Source: Amoebidium appalachense
Taxonomy: Eukaryota; Protista; Ichthyosporea
DNA: 64,000 nt
Assembly: GCA_963693365.1 (NCBI GenBank)
Contig: CAVNZM010000003.1
Location: 5,730,009-5,794,008, forward strand
Direction of reading: 5' to 3'
Shown here: piece by piece, positions 47,552 through 60,739 of the stretch
Layout: the number at the start of each line of letters is the position of its first letter
Position numbering within the stretch: position 1 is the stretch's first letter
Translations under genes and position numbers: made by a program
Notes under the pieces: generated by a model
The model's database searches: none
Told to the model about the DNA's origin: nothing
The model's input: the letters and a program-made list of their open reading frames with translations, nothing else

Positions 47552-47584
47552 ATGTACATGTCGCTGCGGCACGTAAGCCGCAGC

Positions 47585-47615
<31 letters not shown>

Positions 47616-47769
47616 GAGGGGGGAGGGGGGGGGGGGGGGGTTGGACAACAACCCATCCCCACCGGTACCCCTACCCACCCACCCACGTGGGCCGGGCTCT
47701 CTCCCCCTTTAAGTCAAAGTTTAACCCACATGTACACCGTTGTTGTTTATTTTAACGACAAAGGAAAGC
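47388..47769. repeat. ~380-bp foldback palindrome (MITE-like)
   Basis: GCTTTCCTGTGTCGTTGAAACTAAACAACAAGGGTGTACATGTGGG... mirrored by ...CCCACATGTACACCGTTGTTGTTTATTTTAACGACAAAGGAAAGC; central hairpin CGCTGCGGC-ACGTAA-GCCGCAGCG. Confidence 0.9.
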
Positions 47770-48210
47770 CGCTGCGCATGGCCAATCCATGGCCCATGGG
47801 AACAATTACGTAAGCTCTCGGTAACGTCTGCAGTGCAGCACGTCCGAGTCACCGCGCCTAGGGGTCGAACTACGACTCAAAATCGTCGTATTTACGATTA
47901 AGCTCAGCGGGTGAATACGAGTAACACTGTGAGGTGCTGTATCGGTTTTTCGTAGCAGCAAAATGGGTCACAATTGTGTAGTTTGGTGTGTTTCTACACA
48001 AGAATGGGCGTTTTCCAAGGTAAAAGGTGGTCAGGTGGTTATTTTGGCACTCAAGAGCGGAATATGAAGCCGCCCTGTTTGTCTATAGGGGTGTGTAATC
48101 GCTTAGGGAGTGTAAAATTTAGCCGAAATAGGTCGTCAAATTTAACAATAAGAGGGGTCTATACGAGCTGTCCATCAGATGACTCCCGCTAATACGATTT
48201 AGAAATTCTT

Positions 48211-50624
48211 TTTTTTTATAATGACTTTATTGATATGCCAGTGCTCAGCAAAATAGAAGCCATCGAGATATCACCAATATCTCGGAGAAGAAAATACAAA
48301 AGCCCTCACTCTCGGATACGGAGGAGATAACGACTTAAATAATCATACACCCTAGAAAACTTGTTAAACATGCCATGGTTCAACAGATAGTCAATAGACG
48401 TAATATCAGGATTATCTAAATAAGCCAGTCTTCTAATTTCTTACGGAATAATCTGAGATAAATAAATACATCTATCTAAGTGTTTACGAGAAAAAGGTTC
48501 TGCACAAAAGTGGCAAAATAACATTTCCAAGCTATATCACAAGGACTCGGAGGGTTAGAGTTGCAAAATCGGTAAGTGTGGTAGGTTTACGAGAGGAAGG
48601 ATAAGTATAAGTAGCTAATTTACACAACGATTGTAAAGAAAATAGACAAGTCTCTAATATAAAAAGAAGCACAGGCTCAAGAGCCCTACCATCATGTCAC
48701 TCTTTATCACAACGATGAAGCAAAGGATATTGAGTATGAAACCAAGTAACATAGTGCTGATAACTAGTAGAAGAGAAAAATAAAGGAGCTAAGTATTTAG
48801 AAGGATATCTCGGAATGGGAGAGAGATTGGGGATAGGACATTTCGCACGAACATTAGAAATGCCGGGAACAGGTGCTAAAGAAGGAAAGAATTGCAACAA
48901 AGGACTCAAGAAGGAAGCCTAACCAAATGAAAACAAAAGCGAAGTCCTAATTCATTCATACGCTGGCGCGCCGGAGGGAGACCAAAAACACTCAGCAAGG
49001 GAGCCGCCAAAGGATGCCTATGCGAGGTTCGAGAAATAAACTGGATGAATTCACGCTGAAAGGAATCGGATTCCCGAAGCGCCGCGCGCTGTTGCCGTGG
49101 AGGGCACACAAGAGTAACGGGAGGCCATATTCGAAACATGGACGAAGAAAAACTTTATAATGAGTGAGCAAATTGGCAGGATGAATATTAGAGATATTTG
49201 CGAATATTCCTTGATAGATATGTAAGCGACCACGCGCACGAGAAATGCGCGAAGTCAAAAGGCGCTCAAACCAGATACCCTTAGAGGTGAAACGAATACC
49301 TAAATAGTCATAGGAGGACACGATTGGGATAGGTTGATTGTTCAGAGTGTACTGTGCGTTGGAAGAAAAGGTTCCGCACTTATCTATCCCAATTTTCATG
49401 AAATTTCGGAAACACCAGTCATCTACTCGAGAAAGCATGTTATTCATGATAGAAGGATCGTGAGTGACTAAGACAATATCATCAGCGAAAAAAAGGCCGG
49501 AGATACAAGAGTCGCCGGCAACTGGAAATTGTTGAATTTCTACCGTTAAGTCGTCAATAAAGACATCAAAGAGAAGAGGACTCAAAAATGAGCCCTGTAA
49601 AAGGCCTAGAGTACGATTGAATCCGTTACTCAGTACCCCATTCACAACGGCAGCCCCATGGGTGCGGTCAAATAACTTAGCCTGAAGTAGCCGACCAAAG
49701 GGAAGAGGTAGCCCTCGAGAGGCCAACCTGTGCCACAGCAAATTCGTTGGAACCGTGTCATAGGCATTCTTAAGGTCGATAAAGCATACCTCGCGACATC
49801 CAGAACGAATAGTGTCGTGTAATAGAAGAGCATGAGTACAGCACGAATAAGCACGCCGAAATCCGCCCTGAATGTTGCTCAACCGGAAGACACTCGATAA
49901 GGTCTTATGCTTGTGGAAGGCACGCAATATGCAGGACTCGAATAGGCGACGAAATATGTTAGTTAAGGTGACTGGCCTGAAGGAAGAAATCGGACCAGTA
50001 GGAACCCTCTTGCGGACTGGATTAATTAATGATGGTGTCATTCCACGGCGAAGGATTATGAATCCCAACTCATAGAAGGCAGAGAAAAACTCGCTCACCA
50101 AATACGCAAAGGGGGATGGAGGCGGCGTATTCCCGCCTTTGGTAAAAACGGGCGGAGGGCACAATGCCTTAAGAAGCGCGGGTGGAAGGGCATCCGGACC
50201 ACAAGCCTTCTTGGGTTTTAGGGCAGAAATAGCACGTTGAACGTGTGCAGCATTAAAATAGCTCAAATATTCGCCTGGAAAGGAAGAATCAATCGGCCAG
50301 GAAGGTGGTGTGGAGAGTAAAGAATACGAAGGGTGCGTGGAAGGAGCAGAATTAATGTGGAATAATTCGGATTAATAGTCATCTACGTGGAAGTGAGTGT
50401 GTCGGCCGCGGGCTTATCAGGGCTACATGTAATAGTGATGGAAGGGCCAAATCGTCCTAGACTCTTGAGGGTGGAAATACAAGAATCGTGGCCCGAGTGT
50501 TTGACCTAAGTGACCTAAGGTGAGAGATGGTCGTAACCTAACATACGGATATGCGACACTACCGACCACACTATCTTCAAATAGAAAATTAACAAGAAGA
50601 GAATAACATACCTCAAGGAGATAC
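48211..50624 (-). mobile_element. 5'-truncated LINE copy with poly(A) tail and TSD
   Basis: TSD AGAAATTCT at 48202-48210 and 50625-50633; T-run at the left end (poly-A on the minus strand); same family as the 40500-47000 copy. Confidence 0.9.
48992..50266 (-). pseudogene. LINE reverse transcriptase domain (424-aa open stretch)
   Basis: KACGPD, FRPVTLTN, QGGFR, FIDLKNAYDTV, GLLQGSFLSPLLF, FFADD, YDYLG. Confidence 0.93.
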
Positions 50625-51162
50625 AGAAATTCTGACAATACGATTGCCGCCTTAAGGTAAAACGGGTAGCGCAGCCAAAACCCCACAACCCCTGACCGCG
50701 CCCACCCATGGCCATCGCTGGCGACTTGGCTGCAAGGATACCCGGTTGGCCGGATCGGAGGCATGCACCAATAAAAATGCGCGTATGTCGTTGACTTACC
50801 TATTTAAGTGAGATTTAGCAGCTTCCTATTGGTGGAATGGTGATCCGAGATCGTGATCATCTCTCATGATCGATGATTCGAAAGGATGTAAACAAAGGGC
50901 AGGGCGTGACGTTCGAACAGAAACTCTTCCGAATATATCAGTGAACGCTCGGGATGTGTTGCTGAGTGATAACTTATGATATGTAGTGTTTGTTTGTGGC
51001 TAAAGTGGCGATACATAAATGGTGGTTTGCAAGCAGAAGGAAGTTTGCTAGAAGTTATTCTGATTTTGGCGCGGTTTCCTTTTAGTACCAGCAATTAATT
51101 ACTAGTAAAGGTACCCACTACATGCACACTCGTTCGACTTAGTTCAGAATTGCTCTCGAAGA

Positions 51163-51332
51163 ATGTTTGCTAGACAGCTGGGACGCGCAACTGGCCGCTT
51201 GGCCGCCATGTGGTAAGCAGCATATATTCAGATGCATTGTCTTGGTTGGATGTGGTTACGGTTTAGGAGGGAGATGGGTGGGCAGGTGGTGTGTGTGTCC
51301 CCGTTTTTCTATTTGGATCCATAGGAGAGGGG

Positions 51333-51378
<46 letters not shown>

Positions 51379-51578
51379 AGGGGGGGGGGTTGAGGGAGCA
51401 AGGAGGGACTAAGAGCTTTTGTTTACATGACTAAAGTTGTTGGTGGGAAGAAAATTATGCTTGTGCAATTTGGTGAGTTAATGAACTTCTGGAATCCGGA
51501 CGTGTGTGTCGTGGTGGTGACGGCGGTGGTGATGGCGTGTGTGTGTGTGTGTGTGTGTGTGAGGGGGGGAGGGGGGTA

Positions 51579-51612
<34 letters not shown>

Positions 51613-52207
51613 GACTGAGTTTGCAGTTAGTGGAAGACAGGGATTCGATTGAAATTGGAGGGGACTAGGTTCGGAAATGGACAGAAAGGGCAACACATTT
51701 GCAGTATGGTTGGTCAGGATTCAAGGAACCCTTTCACTTCTGTATAAGATACACAAGAGGGCGGGTTTCCATAAGGCCAACAGAGATATCACGGATGGGT
51801 GCTCCTGATAGCTTGCACGATCCCTGTTTCTATTGTTGTAATTGCTGTGAAACCCCCTCCCTCCCCTCCTCCCCAATCATACTGTGGCACACAGCTTGTC
51901 TTTTGCACCGCCCCACAGTACCTCTTATTTTTTTGCGGGCTCCACCCCTCCCCCCCCCCCCCCCTCTCCCTCTCTCCATGCCTGCCCGGCCTCCCCTTTC
52001 GTATGTGGTTAACACTGACTTGTATCTATATCTTATGAGACTTATATCTATTCTGCCCGGACAGTGAGACAGACACACACAGTGGCCGCTGGTGGCCACA
52101 CAAAGAGGGCATCATGGCTGGCGGGTGTGTGTGTGTTGGGGGGGGGGGGGGGGGGGGAGAGGGGGGAAGAGGGGTGGGTGGGTGGGTGGGTAGGTGTGTG
52201 GGTGGGC

Positions 52208-52248
<41 letters not shown>

Positions 52249-52874
52249 CGCGCGCGCGGCGGGCAGGGGGGAGCGGGGGGGGGGGGGGGGGGGGGGGTGA
52301 CGGGAAGGAAAGGAGAAATGGAGGGCCGGGGATACCGGCGAAAGCTTGGTTTTGTTGGCGTGTGCGTGTGTGTGTGTGTTTGTATGTGTGGGGCCGGGGG
52401 CGGGGGCAGGGGGGGGAGGGGGGGGGGGGGGGGCAGGGTGGAAGGCAGGGGTCGGGGAGGGGGTGTGGGGTGGGGGGGGGGGGAGGGGGGGTAGATATGA
52501 AGAGTAGGCATGGGGCGGCTGTGTCTGAAAACAGGCATGGGGGGATTGGGGCGGTGTGTGTGTGTGTATATGGAAGGGAGGGAGGGAGGGGGGGGGGGGG
52601 GGGGGGGGGGGGGAAGGAGGGGGAGGGGGTCAGATTGTGGTGAAGATGGAGGTGAAAAGGTTAACAGCTTGAGAGTTGGCATCCTTGACACAGGATAGGG
52701 AATGGGGTTGAGTGTGTGTGTATGTGTATTTGGGAGGAAAATGGGGGGCCATGGGGGGGGGGGGGGGGGGGGGGGAGGAGGGGATAAGTCGGATTAATAT
52801 TGCATGAAAATTGTGTTTGTGGAAGACATGAGGGGTTGGTGGTGGTTGTGTGGTGCAGGTTCTTTTTTTGTTTC

Positions 52875-52905
<31 letters not shown>

Positions 52906-53357
52906 TTTTTTGTGGATGGGTGGGTGGGTGGGTGGGTGTTGGGGGAGAGGGGGGAGGGGTGGGGGGGGGGGGGAAGGGGGGAGAATCTAGTTTATGGAAC
53001 GGAAGGAGGTGTGTGTGTGTGTGGTTGGGCGTGTCTTGAGTTGTTTGCTTTTTTTGGTGGTGGAGGAGGGGGGAGGGGGGGGGGGGGGGGGGTACCCATC
53101 AGAATGAGTGGTAGCAATCTTGGAGGTCATCCAACCATATGGCTTACAGGACACCCACTGACACCATATATGGTTATGTTCCTAGGTACCGGATTCGCTC
53201 TTGCTGCTGCTGCCGCGTTCACACTGGTGTCAACCCGAAAATTGCCATATATGGAGGCAGCTGCCCTTGCAGAGGTGTTGCCCCCCCCCCCCCCAAAAAA
53301 AAAAAAAGAAAAAATAAAAAATAAAGTGAGAGAGAGAGAGAGAGAGACAGAGAGAGA

Positions 53358-53389
<32 letters not shown>

Positions 53390-54241
53390 TATCTCGGCCA
53401 CACCAGCCCATACCACCTTTATTCCTCTTGGGGCGCTAAGCCAATAACCCTCCCACTATATCAAGCCCCCCCCCCCCCCCCCCCCCCTCCTCCTCCTCCT
53501 CCTCCCCTTCATCCCCAACTGCCCCACCCCTCCGGCCCATCGCCCATATATTCAATCAAATGTAAACCCCCCCAATGATATATATATACTTGTTTGAGCA
53601 TTCGCAAGCAAACAAGCGAACATCCCACACACATGCACACACATGCGCATACAAAAAGATGAGAATTCCTCACATACCGCCATCTATGGCGAGACTCTAG
53701 ACCAGAATACGTATCTTGCATATTCCAATATTATGTATTGTAAGGCACAATTTAGTCTACATTGAGTAGTACCCCATAAATGGTAAGAGTGCTAACCAAT
53801 CATATGCTTTAAACATAATCAGGAGCCAGAGGAAGAACTCATTTCAAAGGCACAAGAGCTCGAAAGACTTATTGAAGGTTCGTGCCTCCCCCCCCCCCCC
53901 CCCTCTTCCCCCCCCCCCCCTTCTTCCCCCTTCTAGCCTTCAACCCCTCTCCCCCCTCCGGCCAGCCTAGACACCCCAGCCTAAACCCCCTTCTTCCCGA
54001 TGCGCCTCCCCCACCCCTCCAACCGCCCTCCCCCGCGCCTGCGCCCGCGAAAAGAAAACCAAAAAGGAGAAAGGTGGTCGAAAACTCGTCTTTACTCGAC
54101 AAGAAGGGAAACTATGTTTTGCACGATGGGGTAAAGGTTGTGAGCTCGCAAGACTACGGGGAGTGACTGGGTCCCCCCAGGGGGTGCACCCGGGGGCGGG
54201 GGGGGGGGGGGGGGGGAAGGGGAGGGGGGGGGGAGGGGAGG

Positions 54242-54275
<34 letters not shown>

Positions 54276-55447
54276 GGGGGGGGGGGGGAGGGGAGGGGAG
54301 GGGGGGGGGGGGGGGATGGCTGCTCACGACCGAATGAATTGATTTGATGGTTCCTGATGTGTACTCTGTTTGATAAGGCTGGTGGTGTTAGGTTTTCCAG
54401 AGAAAAAAGTCTTAACAGTTGAGATTCCGAAGTGGGACTCGTAGGTTTAGTTCCTGAATCGAAACGGCATTGTTCCGTTTTCGAAATACAGGGGATCTCC
54501 TTTCCCGAATGGGCAGGTGGGGGTTAGGTTTCTAAATAATTAATGGGCTTGTAAGATTCTTAAAAAGGCAGGTGAGGCTGTTTTTAAATAGTCAACAATT
54601 TTGCAATGTGCAAGAAGAAGGGGTTTGGTGTCCTAAAAAGTTCAGTTTCCTGAAAAGGCAATGTCACTGCAGAGTACAAGGCAGAGGGGTTTAGTTTCCT
54701 AAATAGGCAACATTGCCGCAGAGTACAGGCGGGAGGGGCTTAGGTTCTCAAATAGGCAAGAGGGGTTTAGTTTCCTAAATAGGCAAAAGGAGGGATTTAG
54801 TTTCCTAAATAGGCAATACTGTTGCAGAGTACAAGAGGGAGGGGTTCATGCACTTTGCCGTCAATCCTGTGCAGCAGCGCACCAAGGAGCACCTTATATG
54901 GAAGGTGCTGCACGGCCCTGGAATGTTCGAGCAGGTGACATTTGCATCCCCCCCCTCCCCCCCCCCCCCCCCTCTCCCTCGGCACCCCCTCCCCCCCCCC
55001 CCCCCTTCTCCCTCGGCACCCCCCCCCCCCCCCCCCCCCCCCCTCTCTCTCTCTCTCTATCTTAGTATCTCCCCCTCCAACCCCTGACCCCTCACACTAT
55101 GTGCCTTTCACACTCATTTTTGAAACACTGCACAAGAAGTTCCAGAAACAATACTTCGTTTGACTTCCAATCCTCCAAAATGTATCGATGCACAATGTCA
55201 AGTCATTTGTGAAGTTTATATGCCACAGTGAAATCTACCTAGCATTTCTAAGTTAAATTGTTAATCTGGACTAATGATTGGCTGGGTGCAGGCAGAGATG
55301 TTTTACAACAAGTCTACGCATGAGGTGATTGGTGTGTTCCATTTTGGCGGCCAAATAGTCGGCCATACTGATGTAATAACCCCCCCCCCCCCCCCCCCCC
55401 CCCCAGTGACACCCACACCCACACAACTCCACCCATCCCTCCCTCCC

Positions 55448-55478
<31 letters not shown>

Positions 55479-55652
55479 CAAACACAAACATGCAACACCT
55501 CCACCCACTAGCCTATCACGCCTCTCTCTCCTACCCTCCTTCTTCCCTCTCATCCAGACAATTACACACACCTGTGTTCCAGGGTCCCTGGTCCCGACAG
55601 CTTGCGAACACACACACTTTCTCCCCCCCCCCTTCCCCCTCCCTCCCCCCTG

Positions 55653-55710
<58 letters not shown>

Positions 55711-55727
55711 CCCTCTCTCTCTCTCTC

Positions 55728-55773
<46 letters not shown>

Positions 55774-56259
55774 CCCACCTTACCTGCCCACCTATCTATT
55801 CACATCTGCTCTTCGAAAACCCACTGCACTCCTGCATGTGTTTGATTTAAATAAATGATACAAATTCGGAATATAGTTATTGTCCATCAACCCCCATTTC
55901 CGCCCTTTGAGGATGGGCTCTGCTTATGATGCATACTGTACATATGCTTTGCACTCTGCATGGTGTTACCTACCTATCATGAATGTGGACTTCGTACTCT
56001 TGAACAAATTCTAATCTCTCTCTCTTCTCTCTCTCTCTCTCTCCCCCCCCCCCCCCTCCCTCCCTCCGCCCCCTGCACCCCCTTTCTCCGTAGCCCCTCC
56101 CTTCCCTTTCTCGTGTACATAGATTGCAAACCATTTTCGTTGTTTGTCTTTGTGCTTTGTCATAGTATGGGACTCGAACTCTCACTACGCCTCTCACAAC
56201 CCACACACACTACACACACACACACACGCGTGCGCGCACACACACGCGCGCACACACAG

Positions 56260-56291
<32 letters not shown>

Positions 56292-56297
56292 GCACGT

Positions 56298-56333
<36 letters not shown>

Positions 56334-57352
56334 ACACACACACACACACAGATAGTGCATGGGGGTGCCATAGCCACCGCCTTCGATGAGGTCTTTGGAT
56401 GGCTCTCTCATCTAGGGGGCCAAAAGTTGTTCACTGCTAATCTATCCATTAATTACAGGTGAGTATGTGTGGGTGGGTGGGTGGGGGGGGGGGAGGGGGG
56501 GTGGGCTTGTGAATGTGTTGGCGGCAGTGGTGTGGATGTACCTATGGGAGGATAGGTGATGGTGTGGGGGGGGGGAGGGGGGTGGTAGGTGGGTTAAGGT
56601 TGGTTGGAGATGTGTGTGTTGTGGGTGGGTGGGTGGGTGGGGGGAGGGGGGGGGGAGGGATGTATGCATGTGTGGGGTTGGGTGTGAAGGTGAGTGTGAG
56701 TGCAGGTGAGGGTTTGTGTCTGAACCGTGGTGGTGTCGTGGGTGGGTGGCTTTCCAAGCACTTGGTGTTTGTTTTTCGCACGCCGCCGCGGAAGCGCCAT
56801 GTGTCTGTTCAATCTAACAGGTATGCATGTCTTTGTGGGTGTTGGTGGGCGTACTCGTCTGTTTCCATACGGGCAACTTCAAAAGAATCTGCAAGTTTCT
56901 GTCGTGCACGGCAGCTAACAACCCCTCACTCTTTCCCCCTTCCCCCCCCCCCCCCCCCCCCTCCCCCCCCCCCCTTCCTTCCTCCCTCACCCCCTCTCCC
57001 ACTTGCGTGTAGCACATGCACACATGTTCACAAATTTCATGCATGCATGCACATGCACACATGTTCACAAATTTCATGCATGCATGCACATGCACACACG
57101 CGCATGCGCGCACACACACACAACCTCTTTGCTTCCTCCGTCTCCCCCCCCTCCCCTTGCCCCCTTCGTCGTGTGACTCCACAGGAAACCCGTACCGGTG
57201 AATTCTCTTTGCATAATCCGCGTGAAGTTGGAAAAGACGGATGGCAGAAAGGTCGGTGCCTCCCGTCCCACCCCCCCCCCCCCCCCCCCCCCCTCTCACC
57301 ACCACCACCACCACCATCCCCTCCCCCGGCTCTCTCTCCCCCCGTCTCCCCT

Positions 57353-57388
<36 letters not shown>

Positions 57389-57643
57389 CCACACACACGC
57401 ACACACTTTTTTTCGATGCTTGATTTCTTGTTTCTTTTATTCTCATGACGGCTGGTCTTCTGTTTTTGGATGTCTCCTTGTTCATATTTCCAGTCCACTC
57501 ATGCATACCCCCCCCCCCCCCCCCCCCCCCTCCCCGTGCCCGCCCACCTGCCGTCCGGGCGACAATCACCACCACCAGCCATTCGTTCTTACGTTCCCAC
57601 CCACCCACTCCCTTTGCAGCTGTCCCTGTTTTCTTTTTCTTTT

Positions 57644-57741
<98 letters not shown>

Positions 57742-58077
57742 CTTTGTATGTAGGAAGTGTGGAAAGTGATAGAGTGGAGGAAATGTGTGTGCACTCATGC
57801 ATGCAGGTGTGGGTGTTTGGATTCGAATGTTGTACCCTTGAGATATGGCGGGTGGATGAGTATATAGTCCAATGTAGCCAGATGTTGTGGCAACTACCCC
57901 AATAAAAGTGACTCATTTATTACTCACTCTCAAACACAGTTAGTTCCCATCCGTGAGCTTGTATGCGCGAGGTGAACATGTTCGAAAACTTTCTTGTGTT
58001 AATACCTTGAGATTTTATACTTCTTGCTGCCCGCATACTACACCCTCCCTCCCACCCCTTCCCCCTCAAAACACAAA

Positions 58078-58108
<31 letters not shown>

Positions 58109-58143
58109 GTGCACACAGACACACACCTAATTCGCCTTTCCCC

Positions 58144-58228
<85 letters not shown>

Positions 58229-58367
58229 AAAAGAAAAGGAACAGGAAAAGAAAACCCTGCTCACACCTCCCCCTCGCTCCTCTTCCCCCCCCCCCCCCCC
58301 CCCCCCACCACCACCACCACCACCACCACCACCTCCCCCACCACCACCACCACCACCACCACCTACC

Positions 58368-58432
<65 letters not shown>

Positions 58433-58575
58433 AGGTGCACATGGTTGGTACGATGATCAGCAGCGACGGTGTGCTGCATGCCGACAGCACCTCCCTCTTT
58501 ATTGTCCCCAAATCCTTTAATTTCAAGGACAAGGAAAAGTATGTGCCGCCAAAGGAAGTAACAGAGGGAAACTAA
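51163..58575 (+). CDS. Hot-dog-fold acyl-CoA thioesterase, THEM4/PaaI-like, with probable mitochondrial targeting peptide
   Basis: Exons 51163-51212, ~52065-52124 (phase link uncertain), 53186-53274, 53823-53877, ~53937-54157 (poor quality), 54828-54934, 55292-55372, 56352-56458, 57185-57251, 58435-58575. Motifs [54 protein letters not shown]; N-terminus [15 protein letters not shown]. Confidence 0.85.
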
Positions 58576-58694
58576 GAATCATCCATCCAGCTCAAGTATG
58601 GAGATGTGTGTTTCTTTTTCTCAGAGTATATACTTGGATAGGATATAAATATCCACAAATGTGTCAGAATGGCCATGATGTGTTCTTCTTTTTC

Positions 58695-58728
<34 letters not shown>

Positions 58729-58965
58729 TCCCTCCTTCCTAAAGCATGAATAGACGCTTTTAAGATATGGGTGGTAGTTGAGCCATTAATTTATGTTCCA
58801 CACGGGCAGGACCCGAGGGGTAGACTTTCAGGTTATAAAAAGAAGAAACAAAATGTAATAAATAAATAACGGTGTCTCCGACGTCACATGGGGTCCATTG
58901 GGCTTTCTTCAATGCTGTGTGTGGTGTGTGTGTTTGGTGGTGGTGGTGGTGGTGTGTGTGTTTGT

Positions 58966-59011
<46 letters not shown>

Positions 59012-59753
59012 CTGGCTGGAGAAAGTTTCTCCGCGTTCAAACCCCTTATGCTTATATAACTTCAGGTATCCCCTCGCTAGCCTCGAGAGCTCTTGCCCTG
59101 AGCTCAGGGAAGCATACATTCCTGAAAAGGGGGGCGACTCTTTGTATGCGCAGGCCGGCTGTGTGGGTGCGTGTGACAAGTTTTCACGGCCTGCGTGTCT
59201 GTGCCGCCACGGGTCACTAGTGTTTTTTTTGTGTTAGTGTGTATCGGGTTGTCTCCTGCCTGTGTCACGGTGTGTGATCGGTGTATTCATATATCCATCC
59301 CCCCCCCCCCCCATTCCCCCATCGCCGCCCCCCCCCTTCCCCCCCCTCCCCCCCCCCCCCCCCCCCCCCCCCCCCGCGCCCCCCCCCCCCACCCGCACCT
59401 CTCTCTGTAGACCTTCCTTCCTCCCTCTCTCCGAACCCCTCCTCTCCCTCTCTCCCTGTGTGTGTGTTTGCAAGAGGGGGAGAGGGGGCCGGGTGGAAGG
59501 GGTGGGGGGGGGGGGGGGGGGGGGGGGGGGTAGCATGTGTGTATGTGTGACCCCGTGTGGGCACTGTGTGTGTGTTTGTATGGTGTATGTTGTCGCGCAC
59601 TTGTGCAGCACTCGTAGTTTGACCAACATCACTGACTGTATATATCAACAGACACTGAGGCTCCTGTTGAAATATACACAATGTGAAAATATTGCTACTA
59701 TAATTCACCATTATAATATCTGATGGGCTAGAAATACCCCCCTCCCCCCCCCC

Positions 59754-59818
<65 letters not shown>

Positions 59819-60305
59819 ACACACACACACACACCACATACCAAGATGAGATAGGAGAAAACAAACCAGCAAACCGCAAACCATGTCCCTAGAGTGTAAA
59901 CACACCCCCTCAGCAAGGTTGGGGTTGAGAAACTTGAGCCTTGGGCTACTCCAGTCGTCATGCATTTGTTAGTGGTGTGTTAGTGCGACAGCACCAACCC
60001 AATTACTATCTAGGTTACGAGCATTCCTTGCATGGAAGACTGTATGTAACAGGATAAAATAGAGAATACAACATACTGGTGTGTGTGGCGTGTGTGTATG
60101 TGCGTGTGTGTGGGTGTGTGTGGGTGTGTGTGTATATGTGGGTGTGTGTCTGTGGGTGTGTATGTGGGTGTGTGCGTGCGTGCGTTGTCCGTGTGTGGTG
60201 TGCACGGTGTGTGTATGTCTGTGTGGGGGGGGGGGAGGGGTACACGTGCGCGCGTATTTGTGTGTGTGTGTGTGCGCGCGTGTTTTACAATTACACTAGT
60301 ACTAT

Positions 60306-60739
60306 TCAGTCTCTCGAATACTTCAGAGGCAGAAGCTCGCCCACCTCCATCACACACGCCATCCCCTCCCGATCCAACACTATAACCTTAGCATCCCTCG
60401 CATAATCCGACACCAATTCCCTACACATGCCACAAGGAGCCACGATCATTCCACGTGCATGCACCGCCACAACCGTTTCAATTTCTGTGTCGCCGTTCAC
60501 CGCCCCCGCCCCCCAACGCAACCGCTTCTGCACAAACAGCGATGCGTCCCACATATGCTTCCAGGTGAACTCCATCATAGATCGAGCCATTTTTTCGTTC
60601 GGATGGCGGAGGTTACAGCGTGAACATCGACCTTTTTGCGTAAGTGTATGAGGTCGTATGCGCGTAGGGCGAGGGTTTGGTCGCGTGGCTGCAATTGCGC
60701 AAGTGTTTTTGCAAAGTCTGCGCGCGTGATGGTTTCCAT
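60306..60739 (-). CDS. bsr: Blasticidin S deaminase / homotetrameric cytidine deaminase, Bacillus bsr-like; intronless; two +1 homopolymer frameshifts (sequencing error or pseudogene)
   Basis: Removing one A at 60590-60595 and one G at 60509-60514 gives METITRADFAKTL...HAVTSAIRTKNGSIYDGVHLEAYVGRIAVCAEAVALG..VNGDTEIETVVAV..VAPCGMCRELVSDYARDAKV..ELLPLKYSRD*, with the three-Cys CAE/PCGxC zinc motif. Confidence 0.85.
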
